64,000 bases of DNA from Rhynchobatus australiae (taxonomy: Eukaryota), in contig JAUZTB010000069.1 in the NCBI GenBank assembly GCA_034780895.1, positions 5,763,870 to 5,827,869 on the forward strand, read 5' to 3'. Positions 40,290 through 51,679 of this stretch are shown here, piece by piece (positions within the stretch are counted from its first letter, which is position 1; each line of letters starts with the position of its first letter). A program made the position numbers and the translations under genes. Under the pieces are notes generated by a model. It was given only the letters and a program-made list of their open reading frames with translations, was not told where the DNA came from and did no database searches.

Positions 40290-40640
40290 AACCACTTAGC
40301 TCAACAGCTTCTTTGTTTTTTTTCCCTCCACAACTAACTCCATTGTCCTAAAATTCTTTCGGGTTTTAAATGCATCTATTTACATTAAAATTAATAGTAG
40401 TGACTTCTGCATTCTATCAGGTTCTGGGTAAAGAGGTTTCTCTCGAATGTCCAGCTGAATTTAGAAATGACCACCTTGTGTTCATGATCCAGTTCTGGTA
40501 TGGTAAGGTTCTGATCTTTCCCGTTAAAGGAAAACATTTTCCTCAAATCCACCCCATCAAACCCTTTTACCATCTCAGACTTCATTCTATTTTTATGCTG
40601 CAGGTAATGAAGGAATTTATTGCTTGTTCTTAGCTGCCCT
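40290..40640 (-). mobile_element. Degenerate CR1 fragment
   Basis: Minus ORF MVKGFDGVDLRKMFS...HEHKV...ERNLFTQ is CR1 ORF2 C-terminal-like. Confidence 0.55.
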
Positions 40641-40893
40641 GTACCTAAAGCTGAGGAAGGTCTTTACCTTATTGCAGTCCTTGCAATGACTAGGCTCATG
40701 CCCAACAATTGTAGTATTATTTACTTGGACAAGGTCAATAACTATCTGCAGTGGTATTGACCTAGTGGGTTTTCATGCTTGCTTTTCTTTGAGCACAAGA
40801 TTGAGGTGTTTGTAGGTGGAATTTATTTCAATTAAATCTGTTTGCAACCCAGGAAATTGAAATAAAATTGAAAAGCAAATTGATGTTTTGCAG

Positions 40894-41051
40894 CTGGAAG
40901 AAATAGAACCCGGACAAATGAAGCAAAGGAACACTTGGAACATGAAAATACAATACAAGAGACCTTGCAGGAGGTGCAGCCTGAAGAAGTATTGGTCATT
41001 TCACTGGGCATTGCTTCACAGATGACACCAGGGATGATGTCTGAAAATGAG
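40894..41051 (+). CDS. GAPVD1: GAPVD1 coding exon
   Basis: (A)GRNRTRTNEAKEHLEHENTIQETLQEVQPEEVLVISLGIASQMTPGMMSENE; ttgcag| and GAG|gtacag; 158 nt, phase 1-0. Confidence 0.95.
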
Positions 41052-41364
41052 GTACAGTCCTAAGCTCTGCAGATCATAAGAATTTTGTGTTCCAAGAACC
41101 GTCTTACTTTTTACAGATGAAATTGGAGGGTCATGCGCAAATATTGTGAAACAACCAGTAAACTATTTTCCATAATTTAAAAAAAACATTAACGATTGAA
41201 GAATCTACCCACCACCCCAATCACTCATCAGAACATGTTTTCCAAATCTCTCTTTGGAGTCATTTCTAACCTTGTATCATGGCTCATCTCAGTATTTTGG
41301 AATCTTTTCTTTGTTAGTGCCTCAAAATTGCTGACTTTTACAGAAAATATTTCTATGGCTAGCA

Positions 41365-42110
41365 ATATTAGAACAAAAAGAACAGGATCAGGAGAAGGCC
41401 AGCTGACCACTTGAGCTTGCGCCTCAATTCAAAAGAAATTTCCCTTTTGTAAAACCACGCTTGATGTTGTTTTCCAAATACTCCATTGGTATCTCCTTAA
41501 TGATGGATTGCAGCATTTTCCCAAAGATCCATATTAGGCCAACTGGCCTATGATTACCTATTTTGGATCTCTCCTTTCTTGAATGTTTGCCACATTCTCC
41601 AATCCTCTGAAACCTCAAGAATTGAGGGAATTTTGGTAAATAATTGCAGCCACTTTGCAGCCACTTCCTTTAAGCCCCTCTGATGCATGCTATCACCTGT
41701 CAGACTTGTTAACCTTTCGACCCATTAGTTTGCTCAATACTTGATCTCCAAGTGGTACAGATTTGTTTATAAAAGCCTCCCTCTCTATTGATCCTTGATT
41801 ATTTAGGATTCAGATATTTGCTGTCTTTAACCTTGAGGACTGATCTAAAGTAATTGGTGAGGATCTCTGCCGTTTATCTATTTCCTTTTATTACTTCCGC
41901 AGTTCGTTCCTACAGGGGACCAACTTTTACTTTTGCTTATATATACATGTAGAAGCTCTGTCTGTTTTTACATTATTTGTTGGTTTATTGTTCTCTATTT
42001 CCCTCTAAAAATTTTTTTAACCATCCTTTGCTGACTTAAAAATCTCCCAAACCTTGGCCTATAATTAATCTTTCCAAAATTGTGCTCCTTTTTCAATTTG
42101 ATTCCATCCA
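41365..42110 (-). mobile_element. Degenerate CR1 (endonuclease-RT linker region)
   Basis: Minus ORF GNHRPVGLIWIFGKMLQSIIKE...YLENN...GFTKGK corresponds to CR1 GNYRPVSLTSVVGKMLESIIK...HGFxKGK. Confidence 0.75.
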
Positions 42111-43660
42111 TGTTAATTGTTTTGTCTGTTCATATAAATTTTCTTCGCCGAAATATCACCACGAAAAATTATAAGATGATTGAAGCAATCTTCAATGGTA
42201 AATTTCAACCAAATTGGATAGCACTTTCAAATTATCTTCTCTTTATAACTGGGAAACTTTATCCATGTGTTTACCATATGGATTAGCCTATGGAAGTTGG
42301 ATTCAGAATGGAATGTTCTGTGAAATAGTTCAAAGGCTTCCGAGATTTAAAAAAATTTTGAATTAGAAATTCTGAGGAGGTTTAGCATCAGACTCTTGGC
42401 ATAACAAATGAATGCAAGCTTTATTACTAGTAAAGTTACTATGAAAATCAGATGTATTTTGGCATTAGAATTGCTAATTCATTTAGTTCAATTGACATTG
42501 TGATGCACTCCAGATTATTAAGAAATTGTACGTAGATAAGTTATTAGCTTCTGAGAACTGAAAAGATGAAGGTGCATCATCTAAGCTTTGAGACCGTAGC
42601 TACTATTATTTGGGACGTGATGTGAAGCTACTGAAATATCCATTCATACATGAGTGCAATAGACCAGTGTTCTATGTAATACCCATGGTATCACATTTGA
42701 AGTTTAAAGAAAAATATAATCAGAGACCTTAAGTGCTACTTTTTTTCCCTTTTATAATGAGTTATCACCATCGGTGCTAAGCTCTAGTAGATGAAATTGC
42801 AAAGGAGTACCAGAATTGTTTGTTTAAGCAGTTCACCCAGTGAGTAATAATTCATTGGGTGCTGGTTCCTTGTCTAACTTGTCAGTGAATGCAGATAATT
42901 CTGAGTAGGTGACAGATTTCTACACTCAGTATAAGTGATGTTGTTAATATAATCACTACCAAAGTTTGCTGATTTTAAAAGAAATTGTGCATGTCCCAAA
43001 ACTTTACATGTAATTAGTCATGCAGCCAGAATTATTTTGTTTGAACTTGATCTTGAACTTGACAAGATTTAATTGTAAAAAGTCCCTTTTTGGAGGCCGT
43101 CCCCACTCCACCTCCCACCACTTTGTTTTTACAGAACACATTTTTAAAAAAAAACAAGAAGCACAGCCACTTCACTGAATCCATAAACTACAGATCTGTA
43201 ATACTCTGTGCTCTTTTGGCAAGAGGCACAAAAACTTTTTTATTCATTTGGGGGTGGGAGGGTTGTTTGGTATCTTGTTGCATCATTGGAAAACAATTTG
43301 TTAGAACAATTTGAATTTTTGCTGATATTTCTTGATCATTAATTTTAATAGGTCATATGATGCAAATTAATTTCCAAAAGTGTATGAAAACTAATTGTTT
43401 GTGTATTTCCTATGAAATTACTACTACAGCGACTTTCTTTAACAGTTACTTGTATGATGTCTTTCACCCAGAACTGTAGTGCTGTGTTCTCATGCCCTAC
43501 AAATGCTGTCATTGTAGTTTAGAATTCAGCAGTTTAGTCTTTCACTATAGAACCAAAGCATGCTTCTTGGTTCATCAAATGAAGAAATGAAGAAAAAACT
43601 AGTGACAAATGCACATTGATTAATGCAGAAGAAATTAACACGTGAGCTGAAGCAAGAGAT

Positions 43661-43679
43661 TTGCACCACCTGGTGGCCA
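43661..43679 (-). promoter_or_regulatory. Candidate CTCF binding site
   Basis: Minus strand TGGCCACCAGGTGGTGCAA versus the CTCF consensus TGGCCACCAGGGGGCGCTA; lies in non-repeat intron sequence. Confidence 0.6.
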
Positions 43680-44019
43680 TTTTATCAACCTGCCTTTTTA
43701 CCTACTGCAACTGAATTTGGATTGTGGTGAAGACGGAATTTGAGAGTTGCTGGAGAGTTTTTAAAAAGGAATTGGACTGAAAAACTCTAGNNNNATTTAA
43801 ATTGTTTTAGCAGCAGTGCTACTGTTTATTTTCTAATCGTATGGGTAAAATGGCCAATAATATAACGGTAACTGCATCAAACAGGTAAAATATTTGTGTG
43901 CTAAAAATATGTAAAGATTTGGCATTTAGTTTTCAGCTGGCAGTCCAATCATGTCCATAGATTTATTATGGACACAAAAATTTAAACTTGAGTCTTTCAC
44001 ATCAGTGGACCATCCTGTT

Positions 44020-44870
44020 GCATTTCCTATCGAATGAAATACATGTATTTGCAGTCTATATCAATGATTTGCTCAAGTGGACCCAATGTAATATCTTTAA
44101 GTTTACTGATGACATGAAACCAAGTGAGAGAATGTGAATTGTAATGGAGGTGCAATGAAGCTTCAAGGGCATATAGACTAGCTGAACAAGTGGGCAACAA
44201 CATTGCAGGTGGAGTACAATGTGGAAAAGGTGTGTGGTTATCCACTATGGTAGGAAAAAGTAGAGATGCTGAGTATTTTAAATGGTGAGAGATTGGGAAA
44301 TGTTGAAGTTCATTGAGACCTGATTTTCCTTGTACACAAGTTACTGAAAGCCAACACGCAGGTTGTTAGGAGGCAAGTAGTATATTGTCTTTTATTTGCA
44401 AGGCTATTAGGTTATAAGGATCTCTTACTAAAATTATAAAGGGCCTTGGTGAGACCACACGTGGACTAGGCAGAATTTTGGTACATACCAAAAAAAAGGA
44501 TGTATTTGCTGAAGAGAGAATGCACTAAGGATTGACCAAAGGCTTATTATTTCAGATGAAGACCTTTTATTTTCTTCATTGAGATGTACAAGATTTAAGA
44601 GGGCTTGATGTTTCCCCTGGCTGTGGACTTGACAACTAGGGGTTAGGAACTCAAAATATGGGGAAGCCATTTAGGATTGGAATGAGGAAATCTTCTTTGC
44701 TCTGGGAGTGGTGAATCTTTGGAATTCTTTACCCCAGAGAATTGAAGAGGCTCTGTCATTGATTAGATTCAAAACAGATTGATCTAATTCTGGGAATAAA
44801 AGGAATTGAGGGATATGGGGATAGGTCAGGAAAATGATGTTTTTAGTTTGAAGATCAGCCACGAATTTGT
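44020..44870 (+). mobile_element. Degenerate CR1 LINE 3' region
   Basis: aagtttactgatgacatgaaac (KFADDTK-like), gccttggtgagaccacacgtggac (ALVRPH), gtggtgaatctttggaattctttacc (VVNLWNSL). Confidence 0.8.
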
Positions 44871-44929
44871 ATGTCAAAGCAGGCTGGGGGAATGTGGGGA
44901 TTGAGTGGCATCTACCTACTCCTCATTCT

Positions 44930-45080
44930 GCTGTTCCTCTGCACAGATAAAGGGTCTCAATGCAAAACATTGAGGGTCCATTTCTCTTAGATGCTGCCTT
45001 CTTCCAGCACTGAACTCTTCCAGCAGCTCATTCTTATTTTGTTCGAGATTGCAGTATCCGCATTCTCTTACGTCTCCAAG
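44930..45080 (+). mobile_element. Penelope-like terminal repeat fragment
   Basis: cagataaagggtctcaatgcaaaacattgag...agatgctgcc...ttccagcag. Confidence 0.65.
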
Positions 45081-45948
45081 TTAAATACTATGTGGCCCTT
45101 GGATGTTTGAGCGATTTTAATGAGAGTTAAAATCTTTACCCTTGTGATACTGAAGGCACCCTTTTGGCACCTGAAGTCTTGGCAGTTCTTTATTAGGAAG
45201 GGCAAAATTTTACATCTTGCTGTTCAGGGCTTTTCATCAAGGTAGAGAANNNNNNNNNNNNNNNNNNNNNNNNNNNNNNNNNNNNNNNNNNNNNNNNNNN
45301 NNNNNNNNNNNNNNNNNNNNNNNNNNNNNNNNNNNNNNNNNNNNNNNNNNNNNNNNNNNNNNNNNNNNNNNNNNNNNNNNNNNNNNNNNNNNNNNNNNNN
45401 NNNNNNNNNNNNNNNNNNNNNNNNNNNNNNNNNNNNNNNNNNNNNNNNNNNNNNNNNNNNNNNNNNNNNNNNNNNNNNNNNNNNNNNNNNNNNNNNNNNN
45501 NNNNNNNNNNNNNNNNNNNNNNNNNNNNNNNNNNNNNNNNNNNNNNNNNNNNNNNNNNNNNNNNNNNNNNNNNNNNNNNNNNNNNNNNNNNNNNNNNNNN
45601 NNNNNNNNNNNNNNNNNNNNNNNNNNNNNNNNNNNNNNNNNNNNNNNNNNNNNNNNNNNNNNNNNNNNNNNNNNNNNNNNNNNNNNNNNNNNNNNNNNNN
45701 NNNNNNNNNNNNNNNNNNNNNNNNNNNNNNNNNNNNNNNNNNNNNNNNNNNNNNNNNNNNNNNNNNNNNNNNNNNNNNNNNNNNNNNNNNNNNNNNNNNN
45801 NNNNNNNNNNNNNNNNNNNNNNNNNNNNNNNNNNNNNNNNNNNNNNNNNNNNNNNNNNNNNNNNNNNNNNNNNNNNNNNNNNNNNNNNNNNNNNNNNNNN
45901 NNNNNNNNNNNNNNNNNNNNNNNNNNNNNNNNNNNNNNNNNNNNNNNN

Positions 45949-46032
45949 TAGAGGATGGAAAACTCCATGGCAAACCAGATAAAACCTTGCGCTTTTCTCT
46001 ATGCAGCGATAATATGGAGGGAATATCAGAAG
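45949..46032 (+). CDS. GAPVD1: GAPVD1 coding exon, 5' part hidden in N gap 45250-45948
   Basis: EDGKLHGKPDKTLRFSLCSDNMEGISE then G|gtgaag. By comparison with the recalled ortholog, about 15 codons and the acceptor are inside the gap. Confidence 0.92.
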
Positions 46033-47001
46033 GTGAAGCTTTTCCTATGGGCGAGCATTAAGTTTCATGTAGTCCTTGCCCCAGTCTTCATGGCTTGATT
46101 TCATTCCCAGTGCCTTCATGCTTTGCACTTAAATTCTCGTCTTTTGTCTTTAAATCTTGTGCAGTCTCACTTCAGCCCATCATGGCAACCTCCTCCAATC
46201 TAGGTTCTTGCTTTCCAATAAATTCTTCTTTCCTTTTGAATTTGTTTTTTTTTCTTATCCATATTCACCTTTTGCTCCATTTATGACACATCAGATTCTG
46301 AGGTTCTCTTATTACCTCTGTAAAATGTTTTTCCTTTCCAAGCTACTAATTCTTCACAAAATCTCCTTGGGAAATAACCCATTAATTTGGCTAAGCTGTA
46401 GGTCACCTCTCCCAACTTGTCCCTTCCTGGCTTGGTGTATGTTTTGTATGAACTACTCTGAAGTGCTGAGGGGTTTTCGTTATTGTGTTAAGGGGATTTG
46501 GGGGGAAAATATGTAGAATTGTGGATTCTAAGAGCACTTAATGATAAATTCTTTGGTATTTAAAACTCAGATTTTAATATTGATGCCATCCCTATGTTGT
46601 TACAGTCATTCTGATTTTTAAAAATTGAACAGGGTTAAACAGTATTTAACCTGACCCTTGGAGTACTGATGAATGATTAGCATCCAAAATATTGCCAATC
46701 AGAAAGTCATCAGTTCTTTATAATAACCTGTATATTGTTACACCAGTAAAATGTGGCTACTGTTACCAGTGGTATCATAATCAATTCAGTAAATCTATTA
46801 GTTCTGTAATTTATCAGCTGGATTGATCTAGTTAATGAATGTTGACATGGAAGGGAGTTTAAAAAGAAACAGACTTTGAAGGTGAGTTCAGCAAAATGTG
46901 TGTTACTGGGTAGCAGGATATGAAATCCATTCAGGATGTTCCTGTCTTTTTTTTTGTTTGCTTGTTTATTTAATTCACATAGTAATTTGTATTTCTAATA
47001 G

Positions 47002-47127
47002 GGCCTTCAAACCGTTCAAACTCTGTGTCCTCATTGGACCTGGAAGGAGAATCAGTCTCTGAACTTGGAGCAGGACCCTCTGGAAGTAATGGTGTTGAAG
47101 CTTTGCAACTGTTAGAACATGAACAAG
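47002..47127 (+). CDS. GAPVD1: GAPVD1 coding exon
   Basis: (G)PSNRSNSVSSLDLEGESVSELGAGPSGSNGVEALQLLEHEQ; aatag| and G|gtcagc; 126 nt, phase 1-1. Confidence 0.96.
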
Positions 47128-48311
47128 GTCAGCAAAATAGAAAGCAGGTCACGTTGCTTGAAAGTTCAACCAGTGGAAGATTTTCTTTTTAAGGACTGTT
47201 TCCAAGCAAGCCACTGAATGCATTCACTACATCTAGTTTCTAGTTAACTTGTGCATTGCTCTAGTAAGAACTTTTGGAAGGAACCCTGCTCATCAATGAT
47301 AACTAATGCTTTTCTCCGCTCCTTCCTGCATTTTAAATTAATTCATCCCCTTAATTAGATCATGGTACGATTTAGACTAACATGTGACATACAGATTTCT
47401 GGTTTGTGCAGCACTTTCCATCTCTCTTTTAATTGGGATTGATGGTTTTTTTCAGGATATTCCAGATTTCTTTTGAGAGACTGGATTCCTTTGTTGTTTC
47501 TTCAGGTAGGTTAGGGTTTCTTTTCACTCCTATTTAGCTGATCAGCACTCTATTTAGAAGTAGATTTATTGTTTTAGTGGTGGAATAGTATTCAGCTAAT
47601 GGAGAATGAAACGTGATGGAGTTGTTTTGAGATTTATTAGTTAAGATAATTGATTTTTTGTTTGTCAGGTGGTTACTGAGGAGGCTGGAATTGATGCAAT
47701 TCCAAAATTGCCGAACACATCCTGCCACTTGGGCTGTTTCCTCAATATATACCAATAAGAATTTTGTACTCTGGGTAGTCTGAGTGTTTTCCTCCCTGAT
47801 GTCGTTTGTGGCATGTATTGAGCCGATGATGCCCAGTGATAGTATTGCAGGGTTGGTTGATCCCAACAGTTAGATATGAATGGTTTACCAATACCTGTTC
47901 ACCAAGTCTGGTTTAGGTATGCAAGATGGAGCTAAAGATGCTGTCCATTTCTCAATGTGTTGAAGGTATACGCTGTAACCATTGCTAATTATAGTGCAGG
48001 AAGGGAAGTGCTTGACTTCTGGGTCTAATTTTGTATTTGCTTACGGCTTCTTGCTGAGCCAGTTCTTAGGGCTACAGACTTGTCTTTCATGACACATGAT
48101 TTGTGAGACAAAGAGCTTAAAAGACAAACTCAAATGCTTGCTTGCACCATTGGCCATCTGCTGTTGTGGTTATTATTTGATTTCTGTTAATTAGAAGCAA
48201 CGAGTGCCCATGTTCTGTTTTTGTTGGAGTAAAGTTGAAGGTTGCATTGACATTCACAAGTGTGACTTCTTAGTAAGATACTCAATGTAACAGATTCATG
48301 CATCAACATGA

Positions 48312-48670
48312 GAGGCATGGTGTCGTAGTGGTCAAGTTACAAAACTACCAGTGAGAGACATGCACCAATGATCCAGCGGCACTAGTTTGAATTCGACCAT
48401 GGCAGCTGAATAATTTAAATTCAGTTATTTAAATTAATCTGGAATTAAAACTTATTTCAGAAGCCGTAACCATGATTGTTGTAAATACCCATGTGGTTCG
48501 CTAATGTCACTTGGAAAGAAATGGGCCACCCTTTCCAGGCTGGCCTGTGTGTGACTTCAGACCCATTGATGTGGTTGACACCTAACTATGCCCTCCAATT
48601 CAGTGGCAGTAAGGAGTGAATAATAAATATTAGGTTGCTAGTAAAGTTTGCATTCTGTGAGCGAATGATA
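48312..48670 (+). mobile_element. Near full-length tRNA-derived SINE
   Basis: A-box-like tggtgtcgtagtgg, B-box-like gtttgaattc, body ggttcgctaatgtc...ctggcctgtgtgtgacttcagaccc...gtggttgac. Reverse-strand relatives lie at ~5780-5950, ~15680-15800, ~37640-37990 and ~59880-60010. Confidence 0.7.
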
Positions 48671-49830
48671 AAATATTGCGTGGGGGCTGCAAAGCCACAT
48701 CATTGATCTTTTCAAGCTTTTGTCGTTGTCTTTAGCCTTTTTAAGCAAAGAACATTTAATCTATTGTACTCTAATTTGGAGTATAAGGGCGAGAAATAAA
48801 TTTGAAGCAGTCTTAATTATAGTGCGTGAGCTAGCCATGTATTTGGCTTCAGAGTTCTGATGAACTTGCCTCTGGGCATGGTCCCTCATTTCTTTTCTGT
48901 TAAGTTCAGTTAGTGAGAGACAGATTCTGTCTGAACTCAGTTCTGTACCCAGCAGTTCTTCTTCGATAAGTTGATACTCAACTTAAAAACAATCTATTCT
49001 TAGAACTTTTAGAACCCTTCACGTTTGCTGCAGTTGTAACTGTGTTATTATGTTCCAAAACTGTGGATGATTTGCTGCTGCAGAATGTCTAACTACCAGT
49101 ACGCCAAAAATGAATACTGATCTCTGACTCAAGTAAATCAGCAAGGGTTCATTACCAACAATACTGTTTTACCATCCACAAAACTAAATGATCATGAAAA
49201 TTTCTTGTGTACATTTGAACTTCAGAAAACAAAATGCAGGAGCAAAACAAGTATGTGAACTTGTAAAATTCAAGTGACATTGTCCAAATATGAATGGTCC
49301 ATTGCTGCTTAAACCTAATTTTCCTTTTTTAAAGGAAACTTATTTCTGCAATTAAGTAACACCCACGTGGTAGAGTACACTTTGCTGATTTTCATTTAAG
49401 CAACTTTGTGAAGTTCAGGAACATTGCTTCAGTAACAAATTGGGTTGGGGGAGTGAAATTGGCTTTCATAAACAAGGATGTTGGAGACTGTAGTCTAGAA
49501 AACATGACTTTTGAGTTGCATGGAATATAGTTTTGTGAACAGGACATTTACAAATGGCTATGTGATAACGAAATGCCATATCACAGCTTGCATTCAATTC
49601 CATATTTGTTACAACATGCTTCCATGTTATTGTCCTCAAATGTACATCTCAGCCAAATTTCTGTTTCTACACTTGGCAAAGTGCTTTGAGAATATCCAAT
49701 TACAGGTTTACTAGATGGTAAACTACAGTTTTAACTCCATAACTTTTTTTTGTTCAGAGCAGAGCTTATTTTAAATCTATTAACTAAAACCTCCAGCAAA
49801 AATTAATAATATTTCTTTATTGTAATTTAG

Positions 49831-50004
49831 CCACCACCCAAGACAATCTGGATGACAAACTCCGAAAATTTGAAATTAGAGACATGATGGGGCTGACAGA
49901 TGACAGGGATATTTCGGAAACTGTGAGTGAGACTTGGAGCACAGATGTCCTGGGAAGTGATTTTGATCCAAACATTGATGAAGATAGACTGCAAGATATT
50001 GCAG
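49831..50004 (+). CDS. GAPVD1: GAPVD1 coding exon
   Basis: (A)TTQDNLDDKLRKFEIRDMMGLTDDRDISETVSETWSTDVLGSDFDPNIDEDRLQDIA; atttag| and G|gtaaat; 174 nt, phase 1-1. Confidence 0.96.
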
Positions 50005-50509
50005 GTAAATAATTAAGTTGATGGTACTTGTACTAGTATTTCAGCACTTATGCAAGTATTTTGATACAGGATTCTGATGTATGACAAATGCTTCTAAAAC
50101 ATTGCTAAGGCACGGCGTTGCATATTGTTCTAAACAAAATGCTTTAGTATGGTAATTGTGTTTTCAATTTGCTGTAGAAAAACATAACATTCATTGTGTT
50201 AAATATGCCTGTCCTCTTAATAAAGAGGTGTGGTAAATTTTCTAGTCTAATGTGTGATAAATATCAAGTGATTAACAGAAACACTTGTGCTGCCCACCAA
50301 AATGTTGCCTTTAATGAAAGCAATTATGTTCAACAGAATGGTCTTGGAAAGATTCTTTCATTTTAGTTTACTTCTAATTGTTCTGCAGATTTACTAGAAA
50401 ATATGGGAATTGTCATGTTTTGCTGGTTATGTATTTGATAAAGTAATTTTGCTGAATAACTTCAGCACAATTACTCATGGCGAAACACATATGGGCTTTG
50501 GTAGATGAA

Positions 50510-50990
50510 AACCCAAACAAAAAGATGCTGGAAATCTGTAATAAAATTTTAAAAAGTGCTAGAAGCACTCAGCAGGTCAGGCAGCATTTGTGGAAGGAGA
50601 ATGGAGTTAATGTTTCAGGTTGAAGACCCCTCCTTGGAACTGGGAAAGAAAGGGTGGGGGGGGAAGCAAATTGGCTTTCAGTTGCGGAGAGGCTGGAGTG
50701 GGGATCTATAGAACAAAGGGAATATGTTTCCAGTATTGTCTGTTTTTATGGTCTTTACTAAGCTTGAAGTATCCTGAAACAGCCAAAAGAGTATTATCTA
50801 CAATTACTTTCTTGATTGAATGTGTACCTGGATGCCATTTTCCAACTGAGATAAGAGACTTGCAGATGTTGGAATCTGGAGCAACAAACAAGACGCTGGA
50901 GGAACTTGACAGGTTGGGCAGCGTCTCTGGAGGGAAATGGACCCTTCATCTGGACTGAAGATTAGAGGGGAGATGGCCAGTATGTTTTAT
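50510..50990 (-). mobile_element. Two Penelope-like terminal repeats (older at ~50510-50700, younger at ~50853-50990)
   Basis: agatgctggaaatctg...cactcagcaggtcaggcagcat...ttaatgtttcaggttgaagaccc; and gcagatgttggaatctggagcaac...acccttcatctggactg. Confidence 0.75.
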
Positions 50991-51099
50991 ATTATATATN
51001 NNNNNNNNNNNNNNNNNNNNNNNNNNNNNNNNNNNNNNNNNNNNNNNNNNNNNNNNNNNNNNNNNNNNNNNNNNNNNNNNNNNNNNNNNNNNNNNNNNN

Positions 51100-51270
51100 T
51101 CTTTGGGTGTATTTAAGGCAGAGATTGATGGGTATATGAGTAGCCAGGGCATCAAAGGTTATGGTGAGAAGTCAGGGGGAGTGGGGCTAAATGGATCAGC
51201 TCATGATAGAATGGCGGAGCAGACTCGATGGGCTGAATGGCTGACTTCTGTTCCTTTGTCTTATGGTCTT
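51100..51270 (+). mobile_element. Young CR1 3' end
   Basis: gtatttaaggcagagattgat...gcggagcagactcgatgggctgaatggc...tcttatggtctt; closely similar to ~51915-52085. Confidence 0.8.
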
Positions 51271-51679
51271 CATTGAGACTTTCATCTTGGACTTAAAGCT
51301 GAAGCTTATGCCACTCAATTTGTCGAGCCTTCTCTAAACCTTTCAAGCTGCTGACAGCTTGCACTGACAACCAGCTGAAAGGGGACACATCCATTGCCCC
51401 ATGCAAATGGAGGTGCCTTTTGAATAGGGTTGGTGGGTGTGCTTCTCCCAATCCATTTGTGCAGTATAACTCTGAAGAAACTGAAGTCTTTGTTGCTCAA
51501 ACGATTTACATTTTAATTACAGTGTCGAAACTGCGACTACCAGCAAGAAGCTGATAATAGCTGTATCTACGTCAATAAAATCACACATGAAGTCGAGTAA
51601 GTAGATCTCATCTGTTGTGTGTGCCGGTTAAAGCAGAGCAGGGTTGTGACATGGGTGACTGGTTAATTATAGATCTTTG

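Noticed and set aside
45949-45951. tag immediately after the gap as the exon acceptor
   Set aside because: Wrong phase for the conserved frame; the real acceptor is inside the gap.
45217-45973. Long ORFs of 243-249 aa (and others containing X runs)
   Set aside because: Artefacts of translating N gaps.
47456-47505. 50-nt pseudo-exon (ttttttcag| ... CAG|gtaggt) with a small internal hairpin
   Set aside because: Frameshifting, no homology, pyrimidine-rich interior; such pseudo-exons are common.
48312-48400. tRNA gene
   Set aside because: A/B boxes are degenerate, no cloverleaf forms, and it continues into a SINE body.
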